From Candidatus Multivorans sp. (GTDB lineage: Bacteria; Acidobacteriota; Thermoanaerobaculia; Multivoradales; Multivoraceae): 64,000 bases of DNA. The stretch covers positions 2,080,001 through 2,144,000 of the forward strand of contig OZ245033.1 in the NCBI GenBank assembly GCA_965224025.1, given 5' to 3'. Position 1 is the stretch's first letter. The number at the start of each line of letters is the position of its first letter. Below the pieces are notes generated by a model that was not told the origin of the DNA, ran no database searches, and saw only the letters and a list, made by a program, of their open reading frames with translations. Shown here piece by piece: positions 1-10,403 of this stretch. The position numbers and the translations under genes are program-made.

Positions 1-17
1 TGGCCCTGCCGCCGCTG

Positions 18-1352
18 GTGGGCGTCATCGCGTTTCTCTTTCTCTACGGTGAGAGCGGGCTCGCGGCGCGGGGGCTGCAGACTCTGGGTCTCGACGTGTC
101 GTGGCGCCTGACCGGGGCCTGGGCGATCCTGCTGGTCCACGCGTACTCGATGTACGTCTACTTCTATTTGTTCACGCGGGCCGGGCTTTCCGGGCAGGAC
201 GGAGCGGCCATCGAAGCCGCGCAGAGTCTGGGAGCGAGCCGGTCGCAGATCCTGTTCCGCGTGACCCTGCCGCGGCTGCGACCGGCGTTGGCGGGGGCGA
301 CGCTGCTCACCTTCATGACCTCGCTCGGCTCGTTCTCAGCGCCCTACATCTTCGGCGGCGGCTTTCGCGTGATGACGACGCAGATCGTCGCCTCGAAGCT
401 GAACGGGGAACTGCGCATGGCCTATGTCGAGACGACCATGCTGGCTCTCCTGGCCTTCGGCTCGCTGTTGCTGCTGCGCCGGATCGATCCGGGCCTGGAC
501 CTGGCGTCGGGCGCGCGCGGCACCCCGCCGGCGCGCCGGCGCCTGCAGACCCAGCGCGCCCGGATCGCCGCCGCCGCGGGCGGGTGGATCCTGGCTGGTG
601 TGTTGCTCCTGCCCCATGCGACGTTGATCCTGATGTCGCTCGTGCCTCCGAATACCTGGACCGTGGAGGCGTTTCCGCCGGTGCTCGGCCTGGTCAACTA
701 CGGCGATCTGCTGTCGTCGGCGGAGCGGCTGCGGCCGGCCCTGAACTCGCTTTGGATGGCCGCCGTCGCGACGCTGGGGGCGGTGGTCGTGGGTGTCCTG
801 GCGGCGCGGCTGTCGCTTCGCCGTGGCGGCCTGCCCGGGCGGGCGCTCGAGGCGATGATGACCCTGCCGTGGGCGATTCCGGGGACTGTCTTCGCCCTGG
901 CCCTGGCGGCGGCGATGAGCGTCAACGCGCCCTGGGTAGGTCGCTTCGTGCTCGTGGGCACGCTCTGGATCCTGCCCCTGGCGTACCTGGTCCGCTCGCT
1001 GCCGCTCACCGGCCGTTCGATCTTCGCCGGCTTGCGGCAGCTCGACCCACGCCTGGAGGAGGCCGCGGCGAGTCTCGGCGCCGGCGCCTTGCGAACGGTG
1101 CTGCGGGTCGTGCTCCCGCTGCTGCGGCCGGCGGTGATCGCGGGCGCGGGCCTCGCCTTCATCACCATGCTCGGCGACTTCGTGACCTCGATCGTTCTCT
1201 ACACCTACGACACTCGCCCGATCTCGATCGAGATTCAGTCCAGCCTGCGGATCCAGGAGACCGGCATCGCCGCCGCCTACGGCGTGCTGCTCATGGTGCT
1301 GAGCGCGGCCGCCTTCATCGCCTGGGACGACCGCGCCGGCGGGCGGCTCTGA
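18..1352 (+). CDS. ABC transporter permease, FbpB/iron(III)-type with two permease repeats (probably 5'-truncated by window edge)
   Basis: Highly hydrophobic; two EAA loops (EAAQSLGASRSQILFRVTLP, EEAAASLGAGALRTVLRVVLP). Confidence 0.85.
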   Translation: MGVIAFLFLYGESGLAARGLQTLGLDVSWRLTGAWAILLVHAYSMYVYFYLFTRAGLSGQDGAAIEAAQSLGASRSQILFRVTLPRLRPALAGATLLTFMTSLGSFSAPYIFGGGFRVMTTQIVASKLNGELRMAYVETTMLALLAFGSLLLLRRIDPGLDLASGARGTPPARRRLQTQRARIAAAAGGWILAGVLLLPHATLILMSLVPPNTWTVEAFPPVLGLVNYGDLLSSAERLRPALNSLWMAAVATLGAVVVGVLAARLSLRRGGLPGRALEAMMTLPWAIPGTVFALALAAAMSVNAPWVGRFVLVGTLWILPLAYLVRSLPLTGRSIFAGLRQLDPRLEEAAASLGAGALRTVLRVVLPLLRPAVIAGAGLAFITMLGDFVTSIVLYTYDTRPISIEIQSSLRIQETGIAAAYGVLLMVLSAAAFIAWDDRAGGRL

Positions 1353-1380
1353 GTGTTAGCTACATATGGGAGGTATACGC

Positions 1381-2089
1381 ATGAACTTCTCGTTGTCCAC
1401 GCTGTCGGGCAGCACCCTGCTCGAGGCGGCGGGGATGCTGCTGCTCTTTGTCGGCTTCCTGTTTCTGGGTTCGAGGCTCCTGCCCGGACGTCGGGTCGCG
1501 GGGCCGGAACTCGAGGGGGAGTCACGCACCCAAAAGCTCGACGGCCTTGCCCTGTTCCTGGCCACCGTGATCGTGGGAGGTATTGCTCAGGTCTCGGGCT
1601 GGTTCTCCTTTTCCGCGCTGCATACGCATTTTGCCGCTTTGTTCCTGATGGCAAACGAATTCGCCTTTGCTTCTTCCGGCTGGCCCTACTTCGGGGAGCA
1701 CGGGTTCGGGACGCGTCGCCGGGAGCCGGGCGGCGGTTCCTGATGGGTTCGGAGCTCAATCCGACCTGGTTCGGGGTGGATCTGAAGATGTTCAGCTATC
1801 GCCCTTCCCTCGTCGGCCTGGCGCTGTTCAACCTGTCGCTTGCCAGTACGAAACATACGGCAGCCTGATGCTGGCAATGGCTTCGTTCACTCTTACCATC
1901 GGGATAGTATCCTGGGTGCCCTGGGTGCCCTGGGTGCCCTGGGTGCCCTTTCTCGTGCCCGCGTGGCTGGCAGGGCTGTTGTGGCATCGTTCGAGACGTG
2001 ATGACCGCCGCTGCCACGCCAAGTACGGCGAGCTGTGGGAGCGTCACAGGCAGCGGGTGCGTTATTCGGTGCTGCCGTTTGTTTCGTAG
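1381..2089 (+). pseudogene. ERG4/ERG24-family sterol reductase, frameshifted and internally deleted
   Basis: Family motifs spread over three frames: FLMGSELNPTWFGVDLKMF..RPSL, QYETYG, and C-terminal LLWHRSRRDDRRCHAKYGELW..RVRYSVLPF. About 700 bp in total, short for this family. Confidence 0.75.
1912..1947 (+). repeat. 9-bp tandem repeat (CTGGGTGCC)x4
   Basis: Read directly; encodes WVP x4. Confidence 0.95.
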
Positions 2090-2131
2090 CGCCCGCTTGA
2101 CGATCGAAGAGACAGGGCGTAGGGCTGCCAG

Positions 2132-3304
2132 GTGTCGCGCCTGATCGACCATCGCCTGGCGGCGCTGATGGCGGTCGCTTTCGTGGGCACCCTTGGCGAG
2201 TTTCTGGTCGTTGCGCTTCTCCCCTTCTACGCCCAGCGACACGGCGCGAGTGACTTCAAAGTCGGCGCTCTGGTGTCGGCCTTCGCCCTGGCGGCGATGG
2301 CGGCGGCGCCGCTCTGGGGCCGGCTCGCCGACCGCTCGGGCCGCAGGCCGGCACTGCTGCTCGGTCTCCTGGTGTCGGCTGTGGGCTACGCTCTGTTCGG
2401 CGTGGCGCAGTCGATCGAGTTGCTGCTGCTGAGCCGCTTGGTGCAGGGTGTTGGCGGGGGCACGGTGCCGGTGGTGTTCGCCTACATCGCCGACTCGGTG
2501 ACCGGCGAGCGGCGCGCCGAGGGTGTCGGTTGGGTGACCGCCGTCACCAGCTCCGCGGCGATGATCGGCCCAGCCGTGGGCAGTTTCGCGGCCCAGCTTC
2601 ATCCGGCCGGACCCGGAGGGGTGGCGGCGGCGCTGAGCGTGGCGGCCGCGGTGTTCGCGCGGTCTTGGCTGCCGGAGTCGCGTCCCGAAAGGGCAGAGGA
2701 ACATGCGGAGGACACGCGGTACTCGATCCTGGATGCTGTCGGGCGGGTGGCCGTGCACCCGTTTCGCCCACTGAACCTGCTGATCTGGATCTACGCCGCC
2801 GGACAGGTCGGCATGGCGGGGATGACGGCGATCATCGGCCTCTATCTGGGGCGTCGTTTCGGGGTGGATGAATCGAGCATCGGACTGTTCTTCTTCTATC
2901 TCGGCGGCCTGTCCATCGCTTTCCGCGTGCTCGTCCTGGGCCGGGCGGTTCGGCGCTGGGGCGAGGTCAACGTCTTGCGCGCCGGCGCCGTGAGCTTCGG
3001 CGTTGGGCTGATAGCCATCCCGTTCGCCACCGGGCTGTGGACCCTGGGCGCGGCGGTTTTCCTGGTCCCGCTCGGCACCTCGCTGCTGTTCCCGTGCACG
3101 ACCTCGCAGGTCTCGAAGCGAGCGCCTGGGAGCGGCGTCGTGGCGCAGGTACTGGGCGTCCAGCAGGCCTACGGCAACGCCAGCAAGATCGCCGCGCCCC
3201 TCGTTGCGGCCTACCTGTTCCAGGAGCTGTCGCCGGGGGCGCCGTTCCTGCTGATCGGGGCGGTGCTGATGGCCGCCGCGGTGGTCTCGTTCCGGCTGCG
3301 CTGA
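2132..3304 (+). CDS. MFS transporter, TetA/DHA1-like
   Basis: Motif A GRLADRSGRRP; about 12 hydrophobic segments; 390 aa. Confidence 0.9.
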   Translation: MSRLIDHRLAALMAVAFVGTLGEFLVVALLPFYAQRHGASDFKVGALVSAFALAAMAAAPLWGRLADRSGRRPALLLGLLVSAVGYALFGVAQSIELLLLSRLVQGVGGGTVPVVFAYIADSVTGERRAEGVGWVTAVTSSAAMIGPAVGSFAAQLHPAGPGGVAAALSVAAAVFARSWLPESRPERAEEHAEDTRYSILDAVGRVAVHPFRPLNLLIWIYAAGQVGMAGMTAIIGLYLGRRFGVDESSIGLFFFYLGGLSIAFRVLVLGRAVRRWGEVNVLRAGAVSFGVGLIAIPFATGLWTLGAAVFLVPLGTSLLFPCTTSQVSKRAPGSGVVAQVLGVQQAYGNASKIAAPLVAAYLFQELSPGAPFLLIGAVLMAAAVVSFRLR

Positions 3305-3420
3305 GCGAGCAGCATGCGACGACTGGTACCGGTCTTCAATAGAGTGCCGCAGGAACCTCGACGAACTCGGGGGGATCCTGGTAGGACGGCAGGCAAATCG
3401 CCAGAAGGGAGCTCGTCGGC

Positions 3421-3689
<269 letters not shown>

Positions 3690-3804
3690 TCAGGACCAAG
3701 AATTGTGGCACAGCGGGGGTGAGGTGTCAACCCGTAGCTGGGCGGAGTCGCACCCGTCTCCGGGCGCGTGCTTTCCGGCGACAAATCCGCCCCTCGTATA
3801 GGCT

Positions 3805-4161
3805 TTGTCCGTGTCAGCGACGCCTCCAGACCGGCGCCGGCGGTTGCGGGAGCGCATCGATCGTTGGCGCGAATGGACGCAGCGCTCGCTTCCGACGCTG
3901 ATCGGTGTTGGCTTGATCCTGGTGCTCCTGTTTCTCGCCAAGGCCGGCGCCGAGAACTACTCGGGCCTTGCCGAGCTCGCGGAGCGGGAGGCGGAACTTG
4001 AGATGGAGCTGGAGGAGGCCACGCTGCGGGTCGATAGCCTGAGGCGTACGGTGGTGCTGATGCAGGACGATCCGGTGGTGCTGGAACGGCTGGCGCGCGA
4101 GGAACTGGGCCTGGTGCGACCGGGTGACACGGTCGTGGTCCTGCCGCGGACGGACAACTGA
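3805..4161 (+). CDS. ftsB: Septum formation initiator FtsB/DivIC family
   Basis: One TM helix, coiled coil, DPVVLERLAREELGLVRPGDTV motif. Confidence 0.85.
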   Translation: MSVSATPPDRRRRLRERIDRWREWTQRSLPTLIGVGLILVLLFLAKAGAENYSGLAELAEREAELEMELEEATLRVDSLRRTVVLMQDDPVVLERLAREELGLVRPGDTVVVLPRTDN

Positions 4162-4176
4162 TCCGGCCCTGACCCG

Positions 4177-7100
4177 GTGTCCGCGTGGCGTGAACTCCGC
4201 CGCCGCGTTCGCCGCGGCCGGGACTACCGCGAACTCGCTGCGGCCGAGCGTGCGGCGGTCGTCGGTCTGCCGGTGCGCGCGGCCTCGGTGGTGTTCGAGC
4301 TGCTGGCCGAGGATCGTGCCGCGGCCCTGCTCGTGGTCGTGCCGAGCGAAAGCGAGGTGCTGGCCTGGACCGAAGGGACTCGGCTGCTGGGGCGCCGGGA
4401 TGGGGCGCGGGTCGTTCCCTTTCCGTCTCCGGCGCTGACGCCCTATCAGCAGGCCGAGGCCTCGTTGCAGGTGCGCGCCCAGGAAAGCGTCGCCTACGAC
4501 GTCCTGCTCGGCGCTTCACGGGTCACCGTGGTCTGCACGCCCCGGACCCTGTTTCATCGCCTCGCGGAACCGCGGGCGTTCCTGCAGTCGGTCAAAGGTG
4601 TTCGGGTCGGGGAAGACGTTGTTCTCGAGGAACTCCTGACCCACCTGGTTGCCCGCGGCTACCGGCGCGCCGATCTGGTGGCGGCGGTGGGCGCGGTGGC
4701 GCAGCGAGGCGGCGTGTTCGACCTCTTCGCTCCGGGCGAACCGCGGCCGGCGCGGCTCGACCTGTTCGGCGACATGATCGAGAGCATCCATCGTTTCGAT
4801 CTGTCGACGCAGCGCTCCGAGGAGGCAATCGACTCGTTGCGCATCCGGCCCTTGACGCCGTTTGCGGCCGCGCCGGAGCAGGCCGCCGAACTGGCCCTGG
4901 TTCTACTGGAGGAACGAGGCGACGATCTGGCTGAATCGGCCCGCACCCGGTTGCACGAAATGGTGGAGGGAGAGCCCTTTCCGGGCTGGGAGAAGTACCT
5001 CCCTCTGCTGCAGCCGAGCACGAGTCTCGGCGAGGTGATGGAGAACGCCACGGTTGTCGTGGTCGAGCTGGACCGAGTGCGACGGGAGATCGAGCAGCAC
5101 GCCGAGATGCTGTGGGACGAGTACGCGAGACGGTCCGACGACGGCGACATCGCCGCCGAACCGGAACGGTTGACGGTGCCCAGTGCCCAGGTGCTCGATC
5201 TCGTCGAGAACGCGGCTCTCCGGATCGGGGGCGCGTTGGATGAGCGCGCGAAACGGCGAACCCAGGTCGACTTCGGCGCGGTCGAAACGGACATCCTGGT
5301 CGATCAGCTTCCCCGCTTTCCGCGCGAGGTGGAGACCGCCGCGGCGCGCGGCGACGATCTGTGGCTGGTGGCGCGCGTCGGGCGGCACGAGTCGCTTCGC
5401 CAGACGCTCGGCGGCCGTGAGATCGACTGGGATGGAGGCGGCGTGCGGCTGGTCGACGGCGAACTGGCACGGGGTTTCCGGCTTCCGGCAGCCGGGCTCG
5501 CGCTCTTCGGCGAGGGGCAACTCTTCCGGCGCCGGGCGCTGGCGCCCCGGCGCCGCCGGATGGGTCCCTTCGTATCCGGCCTCGGGGATCTGCGGGTCGG
5601 CGAGTTCGTGGTCCACGAGGATCACGGCATAGGCCAGTTCCTGGGACTCAGGACGCTTGAAGGTCCGCCCGGCGACGGGCCTGACGTGGAGGGCTACACA
5701 CCTCGCATGCAGTCGCGGGCGGTCGAGGTCATGGAACTCCTCTATTCGTCGGGCCGCACGCTGCTCCTGCCTCTGACCCGCCTGGACGAGATCGAGCGCT
5801 ACAGCGGCATCGAGGGGCTCGCGCCCCGTCTCGACCAACTGGGCGGCGGCAGTTGGGCGAAGAAGAAGAGCCGGATCAGTCGCAGCCTGAAGGCGATCGC
5901 CACCGATCTGCTGAAGCTCTACGCGGAGCGCCGGCTGGCGCGGGCGGTGCCCATGAACGACGACAGCGACCGTCAACTTCAGTTCGAGGGCGCGTTCAGC
6001 TACGAGGAGACGCCGGATCAACTGGAGGCGGTGAGCACGATCAAGGAGGACCTCGGCCGCGAACAGCCCATGGACCGGCTTCTGTGCGGCGACGTCGGCT
6101 TCGGCAAGACCGAGGTGGCGATGCGGGCGGCGTTCAAGGCGGTGGACAACGGCCTGCAGGTCGCGGTCCTGGCGCCCACGACGATCCTCGCCGATCAGCA
6201 TCTGCGCACATTCCGGCGGCGCTTCCAGGGCTTCGATTTCGAGATCGAGATGGTCTCCCGGTTCCGTTCGGCGGCCCAGGTCAGGAAGATCCGCGAGCGT
6301 TTGGCGGCGGGCGAGATTCACATTCTCATCGGCACCCACCGACTCTTGAGCCGCGACATCGACATGCCATGCCTGGGCCTCGTGATCATCGACGAGGAGC
6401 AGCGCTTCGGAGTCGCCCAGAAGGAGCGCCTGCGTGAGTTGAAACGCAACGTCCACGTGATGGCGATGTCGGCCACGCCGGTGCCGCGCACCCTGCAGTT
6501 GTCGCTGGCGGGGGTGAGGGATCTGTCCCTGATCGAGTCGCCGCCGCGGGATCGGATGGCGGTCGAAACCCGGGTGCTGCCGTTCTCGGGCGACCTCGTC
6601 CGCGAGGCGATCGAGTTCGAGGTCGAGCGCGGCGGCCAGGTGTTCTACGTCTACAACCGGGTCGAGGACATCGAGGGCATGCTCCGCTATCTGCGTGAAC
6701 TCGTGCCGGGGCTTCGGATCACCGTCGGTCACGGTCAGATGGAGGAAGCGGAGCTGGGTCGTCGGATGCGCGCGTTCACGGCCGGCGAGTACGACCTGTT
6801 GCTGGCGACGACGATCATTGAGAACGGGATCGACATTCCCAACGTGAACACGATGCTCGTTCACCGCGCGGATCGCTTCGGTCTGGCCCAGCTCTACCAG
6901 TTGCGGGGCCGGGTGGGCCGCAGCGATCAATTGGGCTACTGCTACCTTCTGGCGCCCCCGGACACGGTGCTTTCGGAGGAGGCGCGCAAGCGACTCGTCT
7001 CTATTCGGGAGTTCGCCGAACTGGGGGCGGGTTTTCGGATTGCGGCTCGTGACCTGGAGATTCGGGGCGCCGGGAACCTGCTTGGCGCGGAACAGAGCGG

Positions 7101-7650
7101 CCACATCGCGGAAGTCGGGATCGAGACCTACATGAAGATGCTGGAGAAGACGGTCGCCGAACTCCGAGGCGAGGCGCCGGCAGACACGCCGTCGGCCTCG
7201 ATCAGCCTGCCCGCGACCATGTCGATTCCGGCGGACTACATCGGCGAGATCTCCTTGCGACTCGAGATCTACCGGCGTCTGGCGGACGCCGACGAGGATC
7301 CCGACACGCTGCTTGCCGAGCTGCGTGACCGTTTCGGACCGCCGCCGGAGGCCGTGCACGCCCTAGTTCGCGGCGCGGAACTGAAGTGGATTGCCGAGTC
7401 CCTGGGTGTCCAGTCGATCGCGCACCGTAGCGATCTTCTGACGGTCAAGCTTCGCCGCGACGCGAAGGTCGATGTGGACCGTTTGATCCGCTTCGTTTCC
7501 GAGCGGGAGGGTGCCGGCTTCACTCCGGACGGGGTCTTGACGCTTGCTGAGATACCGGCCCGTGAGGCGCTCGAAATAGCGCTCCAACTCCTGCAGTTGC
7601 TGTCGGGTGAACCGCTGTCGCGGCTCGCCGGTTCGGAGACTGTCCATTGA
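4177..7650 (+). CDS. mfd: Transcription-repair coupling factor
   Basis: VVHEDHGIGQF (RID domain), MDRLLCGDVGFGKTEVA, IIDEEQRFGV, QLRGRVGRS, DLEIRGAGNLLGAEQSGH. Confidence 0.98.
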   Translation: MSAWRELRRRVRRGRDYRELAAAERAAVVGLPVRAASVVFELLAEDRAAALLVVVPSESEVLAWTEGTRLLGRRDGARVVPFPSPALTPYQQAEASLQVRAQESVAYDVLLGASRVTVVCTPRTLFHRLAEPRAFLQSVKGVRVGEDVVLEELLTHLVARGYRRADLVAAVGAVAQRGGVFDLFAPGEPRPARLDLFGDMIESIHRFDLSTQRSEEAIDSLRIRPLTPFAAAPEQAAELALVLLEERGDDLAESARTRLHEMVEGEPFPGWEKYLPLLQPSTSLGEVMENATVVVVELDRVRREIEQHAEMLWDEYARRSDDGDIAAEPERLTVPSAQVLDLVENAALRIGGALDERAKRRTQVDFGAVETDILVDQLPRFPREVETAAARGDDLWLVARVGRHESLRQTLGGREIDWDGGGVRLVDGELARGFRLPAAGLALFGEGQLFRRRALAPRRRRMGPFVSGLGDLRVGEFVVHEDHGIGQFLGLRTLEGPPGDGPDVEGYTPRMQSRAVEVMELLYSSGRTLLLPLTRLDEIERYSGIEGLAPRLDQLGGGSWAKKKSRISRSLKAIATDLLKLYAERRLARAVPMNDDSDRQLQFEGAFSYEETPDQLEAVSTIKEDLGREQPMDRLLCGDVGFGKTEVAMRAAFKAVDNGLQVAVLAPTTILADQHLRTFRRRFQGFDFEIEMVSRFRSAAQVRKIRERLAAGEIHILIGTHRLLSRDIDMPCLGLVIIDEEQRFGVAQKERLRELKRNVHVMAMSATPVPRTLQLSLAGVRDLSLIESPPRDRMAVETRVLPFSGDLVREAIEFEVERGGQVFYVYNRVEDIEGMLRYLRELVPGLRITVGHGQMEEAELGRRMRAFTAGEYDLLLATTIIENGIDIPNVNTMLVHRADRFGLAQLYQLRGRVGRSDQLGYCYLLAPPDTVLSEEARKRLVSIREFAELGAGFRIAARDLEIRGAGNLLGAEQSGHIAEVGIETYMKMLEKTVAELRGEAPADTPSASISLPATMSIPADYIGEISLRLEIYRRLADADEDPDTLLAELRDRFGPPPEAVHALVRGAELKWIAESLGVQSIAHRSDLLTVKLRRDAKVDVDRLIRFVSEREGAGFTPDGVLTLAEIPAREALEIALQLLQLLSGEPLSRLAGSETVH

Positions 7651-8498
7651 GCGGCCGGTTGGACTCGCGTGCGATGCGGCGCTCGTGCGCCTGTCTCCTG
7701 GTCGGTGTATCCCTGGCCTGTGGCGGCGGCAGGCTGCCGGAGGGAGTGGTGGCGCGAATCGGCGACCAGGACTTTCGTTACGAGGACTTTCGCGGCTACG
7801 TGGAGGAGTCCCTGGGCGGGGACGCTTCGCGCTTCGGCAGCGCGGCGCTCTCCCGGCTCTTCGAGCGCTTCGTCGACGACCAGTTGCTCTTGCGGTTGGC
7901 CCGGGATCGGGCGCTCGTGGACGGGGAAGCTACGGTCCACCAGGCCGCGATGCGGTTGCTCGAGGCGTCGACGCCGGTCGTGTCGTTGTCGGAAATCGAG
8001 CGTTACTACGCCGAACACCGGAGCGATTTCGCGCGGCCGCCACGGGTGCGGCTGCGTCAGATCCTGGCCCAGGATCGAACCGCCGCCGAGCTGGCGCTGG
8101 CAGAGCTCGAAGCGGGCGTGGACTTCGGGGAGGTGGCGCGCCTGCGTTCCATTGGCCCCAGCGCGTCAGCCGGCGGTCTCCAGGGCGAACTGTCGCGCGA
8201 GGATCTTCCCCCGGCGCTCGCCGACGTCGTCTTCGAGCTTGGCGAAGGAGAATGGAGCGAGCTGTTAGAGGCCGACTACGGCTTTCGCATCTTCGAGGTC
8301 GAGCGTCTCTTGCCGGAAGAAACCCTGACGCTCGCGGAGGCGGCGCCTTCCATCAGGACTCTGCTGGAGGAGGCGCGAAGCGAAGAGCTCGTCCGAGCCG
8401 CCGCGGCGGAAGCCCGGCACGAGTACAATCTGCGGGTCGCGGTGGAGCGGTTGCCCTTCGAGTACCACGGCGCGCTCGCGGATCCGGCCGCAGAATGA
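7647..8498 (+). CDS. Parvulin-type peptidyl-prolyl isomerase, probable lipoprotein
   Basis: Lipobox-like SLAC; VRLRQIL..DFGEVARLRS..GGLQG..YGFRIF rotamase pattern. Confidence 0.8.
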   Translation: MSGRLDSRAMRRSCACLLVGVSLACGGGRLPEGVVARIGDQDFRYEDFRGYVEESLGGDASRFGSAALSRLFERFVDDQLLLRLARDRALVDGEATVHQAAMRLLEASTPVVSLSEIERYYAEHRSDFARPPRVRLRQILAQDRTAAELALAELEAGVDFGEVARLRSIGPSASAGGLQGELSREDLPPALADVVFELGEGEWSELLEADYGFRIFEVERLLPEETLTLAEAAPSIRTLLEEARSEELVRAAAAEARHEYNLRVAVERLPFEYHGALADPAAE

Positions 8499-8509
8499 GG
8501 TAGGAGAAT

Positions 8510-9682
8510 ATGACTCAACGCAGCCTTGGCCCCGCGTCCGGCAGTTCGTGGTTTGCCGGGCGCCGTATCGCCGGTTCACTCGCCGGCTTGTTGGCGACGC
8601 TGCTGGCGATGGCAGCCCTCCCCCTGGCCGGTCAGTCATCGCCCGGCTCGGCAAACCGGGTCGTGCTGCGGGTCAACGATCGCATCGCGACGCTCTACGA
8701 CTACCAGAGGGCGGTGGCTGAGGAGGTCGGCATGATCCGCGGCGCTCGCGGACTGACCGAGCCGGAGCGGCAGGAGCGGGTCGCCGACGCCGGCCGCTTC
8801 GTCATGAAGGCACTGTTCGAGGAACTGCTGCTCATGTCGCGGGCGGACCAGTTGGCAGTCGTTGTCGACGAGAGCGAAGTCGAGGACCAAATCCGTTCCA
8901 TCAGGGAGCGATCCGGGCTCGAGAACGAGGAGCAGTTCCGTCAGGCTCTGGCGCAACAGGGCATGCGGGAGGAGGACTTGCGGCGGCAAACCCACAAGCT
9001 GTTGCGGTCCAACGTCGTCCGGGGCCGGGAGGTGGCGCCCCGGGTGGTGGTCGAAGATGAAGACATGCGACGGTTCTACCGCGACAACGAGGAGCGTTTC
9101 CGCATTCCAGAGCGGGCTCGCTTCGAGGAGGTCGTGGTTCTGGAGGGCGTGGTTCCGGCCGACCGCATGGCGCCGCTGGCGGCACTGGCCCGTACCCGGT
9201 TGATGGCCGGCGGCACGGCCTCCGAAGTGGCGGAAGGGCTTGGCGAAGGGGTCACGTCCGTCGATGTCGGATGGGTCACTCCCGGCGACCTGGCGCCCGC
9301 TCTCGATGCCGTCGCCTGGGATCTTGAGGTCGACGGCGTCAGCGAGGCGATCGCCGCCCGCGGCGGTCTGCACGTTCTGAAGATGCTGGAGCGAACGCCG
9401 GCGACGGTCCGGCCGTTCGAGGAGGTCCGCGACGCGATCCAGCAGGAGGAGCGGAACCGGCTGTTCTCCGAAGAGTACGACCTCTACCTGAGCGAACTCG
9501 CGGACGCCGCCTACATTGTCGAGCGGCTGCCGGAGGGGGCCGAGGGATATCGGCCGGTCGAGTCCCCTTCGCTCGACGCCGACGCGCTGGGGCTACTCGC
9601 CCCGTTCGGTCCCGGCGCCCAGGCGCCCGACGTCGACGAGTCCTCCAGCGAAACAGCTGAGGAGACCGACGGGCAACCCTGA
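8510..9682 (+). CDS. SurA-like chaperone/PPIase
   Basis: Signal peptide; NRVVLRVNDRI SurA N-domain; DVGWV..GLHVLK rotamase domain. Confidence 0.8.
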   Translation: MTQRSLGPASGSSWFAGRRIAGSLAGLLATLLAMAALPLAGQSSPGSANRVVLRVNDRIATLYDYQRAVAEEVGMIRGARGLTEPERQERVADAGRFVMKALFEELLLMSRADQLAVVVDESEVEDQIRSIRERSGLENEEQFRQALAQQGMREEDLRRQTHKLLRSNVVRGREVAPRVVVEDEDMRRFYRDNEERFRIPERARFEEVVVLEGVVPADRMAPLAALARTRLMAGGTASEVAEGLGEGVTSVDVGWVTPGDLAPALDAVAWDLEVDGVSEAIAARGGLHVLKMLERTPATVRPFEEVRDAIQQEERNRLFSEEYDLYLSELADAAYIVERLPEGAEGYRPVESPSLDADALGLLAPFGPGAQAPDVDESSSETAEETDGQP

Positions 9683-9775
9683 CGCTCGGCCGGTCTGGTC
9701 CCCGGCCGGTCGTTGCGGGTCTTCGCCACCCGGGTTTCATCCCTGCGCCTGAGGACTGGCGCATGGAGTGGGTCG

Positions 9776-9806
9776 CGGGTGGCACGGGATCGCGCCACCC
9801 GGGTTC
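9776..9806. repeat. REP-like palindrome, copy A
   Basis: CGGGTGGCACGGGATCGCGCCACCCGGGTTC; near-identical copy at 43746-43775; partial copy at 9724-9736. Confidence 0.7.
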
Positions 9807-9818
9807 CTCGGTCCTCGG

Positions 9819-9863
9819 GTGGAGCAAAGTGGTCTGAAGTAGACATTAATGGCCCATGAGTGG
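9819..9863 (+). promoter_or_regulatory. Putative MraZ-binding repeats upstream of the dcw operon
   Basis: GTGG(9819), GTGG(9829), GTAG(9839), ATGG(9849), GTGG(9860): 10-bp phasing upstream of mraZ. Confidence 0.65.
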
Positions 9864-9929
9864 TAACGTCGCCCGCCTGAGCGTCAGTTTGTGGGTACTA
9901 CGCCCACCTTACCCTTCTGGGCGTGAGCG

Positions 9930-10403
9930 ATGTTTCGAGGGCATGCAGAAGCAAAGATCGACGCGAAGGGCCGCCTGAAGGTCCCGAGCGTGTTCCTGCG
10001 CCCTCTGCAGGAGCGTTTCGGTCCCGACATCTTCACCACTTCGCTGAACGGCGAGTGCGCCTGGATCTACCCCCTGCGGATCTGGGAGCAGGAGGAACAG
10101 CGAATGGCCGCCCTGCCGGCCACCCACAGGCTGCGCCGCAAGTGGGAGGCCCGGGTCAGCTACTTCGGTCACCAGAGCCGTCTCGATTCGCAGGGGCGGC
10201 TGATGGTCCCGGCGAAGCTGCGAGGACACGCGGGCATCGAGGGCGAGGTCGTCGTTTTCGGTCGCCCGGACCGCCTTGAGGTCTGGAACCTCGAGCGAAT
10301 GGAGAACGACCTGAACACGGATCCCTTCACGGACGACGAGTTGGACGAACTGACCGACGATATCGAGGCGCTGGATGCGTCTGGCAACAGGGATGCCCAG
10401 TGA
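9930..10403 (+). CDS. mraZ: Division/cell-wall cluster transcriptional regulator MraZ
   Basis: MFRG..IDAKGRL and LDSQGRL repeats; DRLEVW. Confidence 0.96.
   Translation: MFRGHAEAKIDAKGRLKVPSVFLRPLQERFGPDIFTTSLNGECAWIYPLRIWEQEEQRMAALPATHRLRRKWEARVSYFGHQSRLDSQGRLMVPAKLRGHAGIEGEVVVFGRPDRLEVWNLERMENDLNTDPFTDDELDELTDDIEALDASGNRDAQ

Noticed and set aside
4903-7359. 818-aa antisense ORF, and similar long shadow ORFs over dcw, argS, lptD and mltG
   Set aside because: Opposite-strand or off-frame shadows of well-supported genes in high-GC DNA; no motifs.
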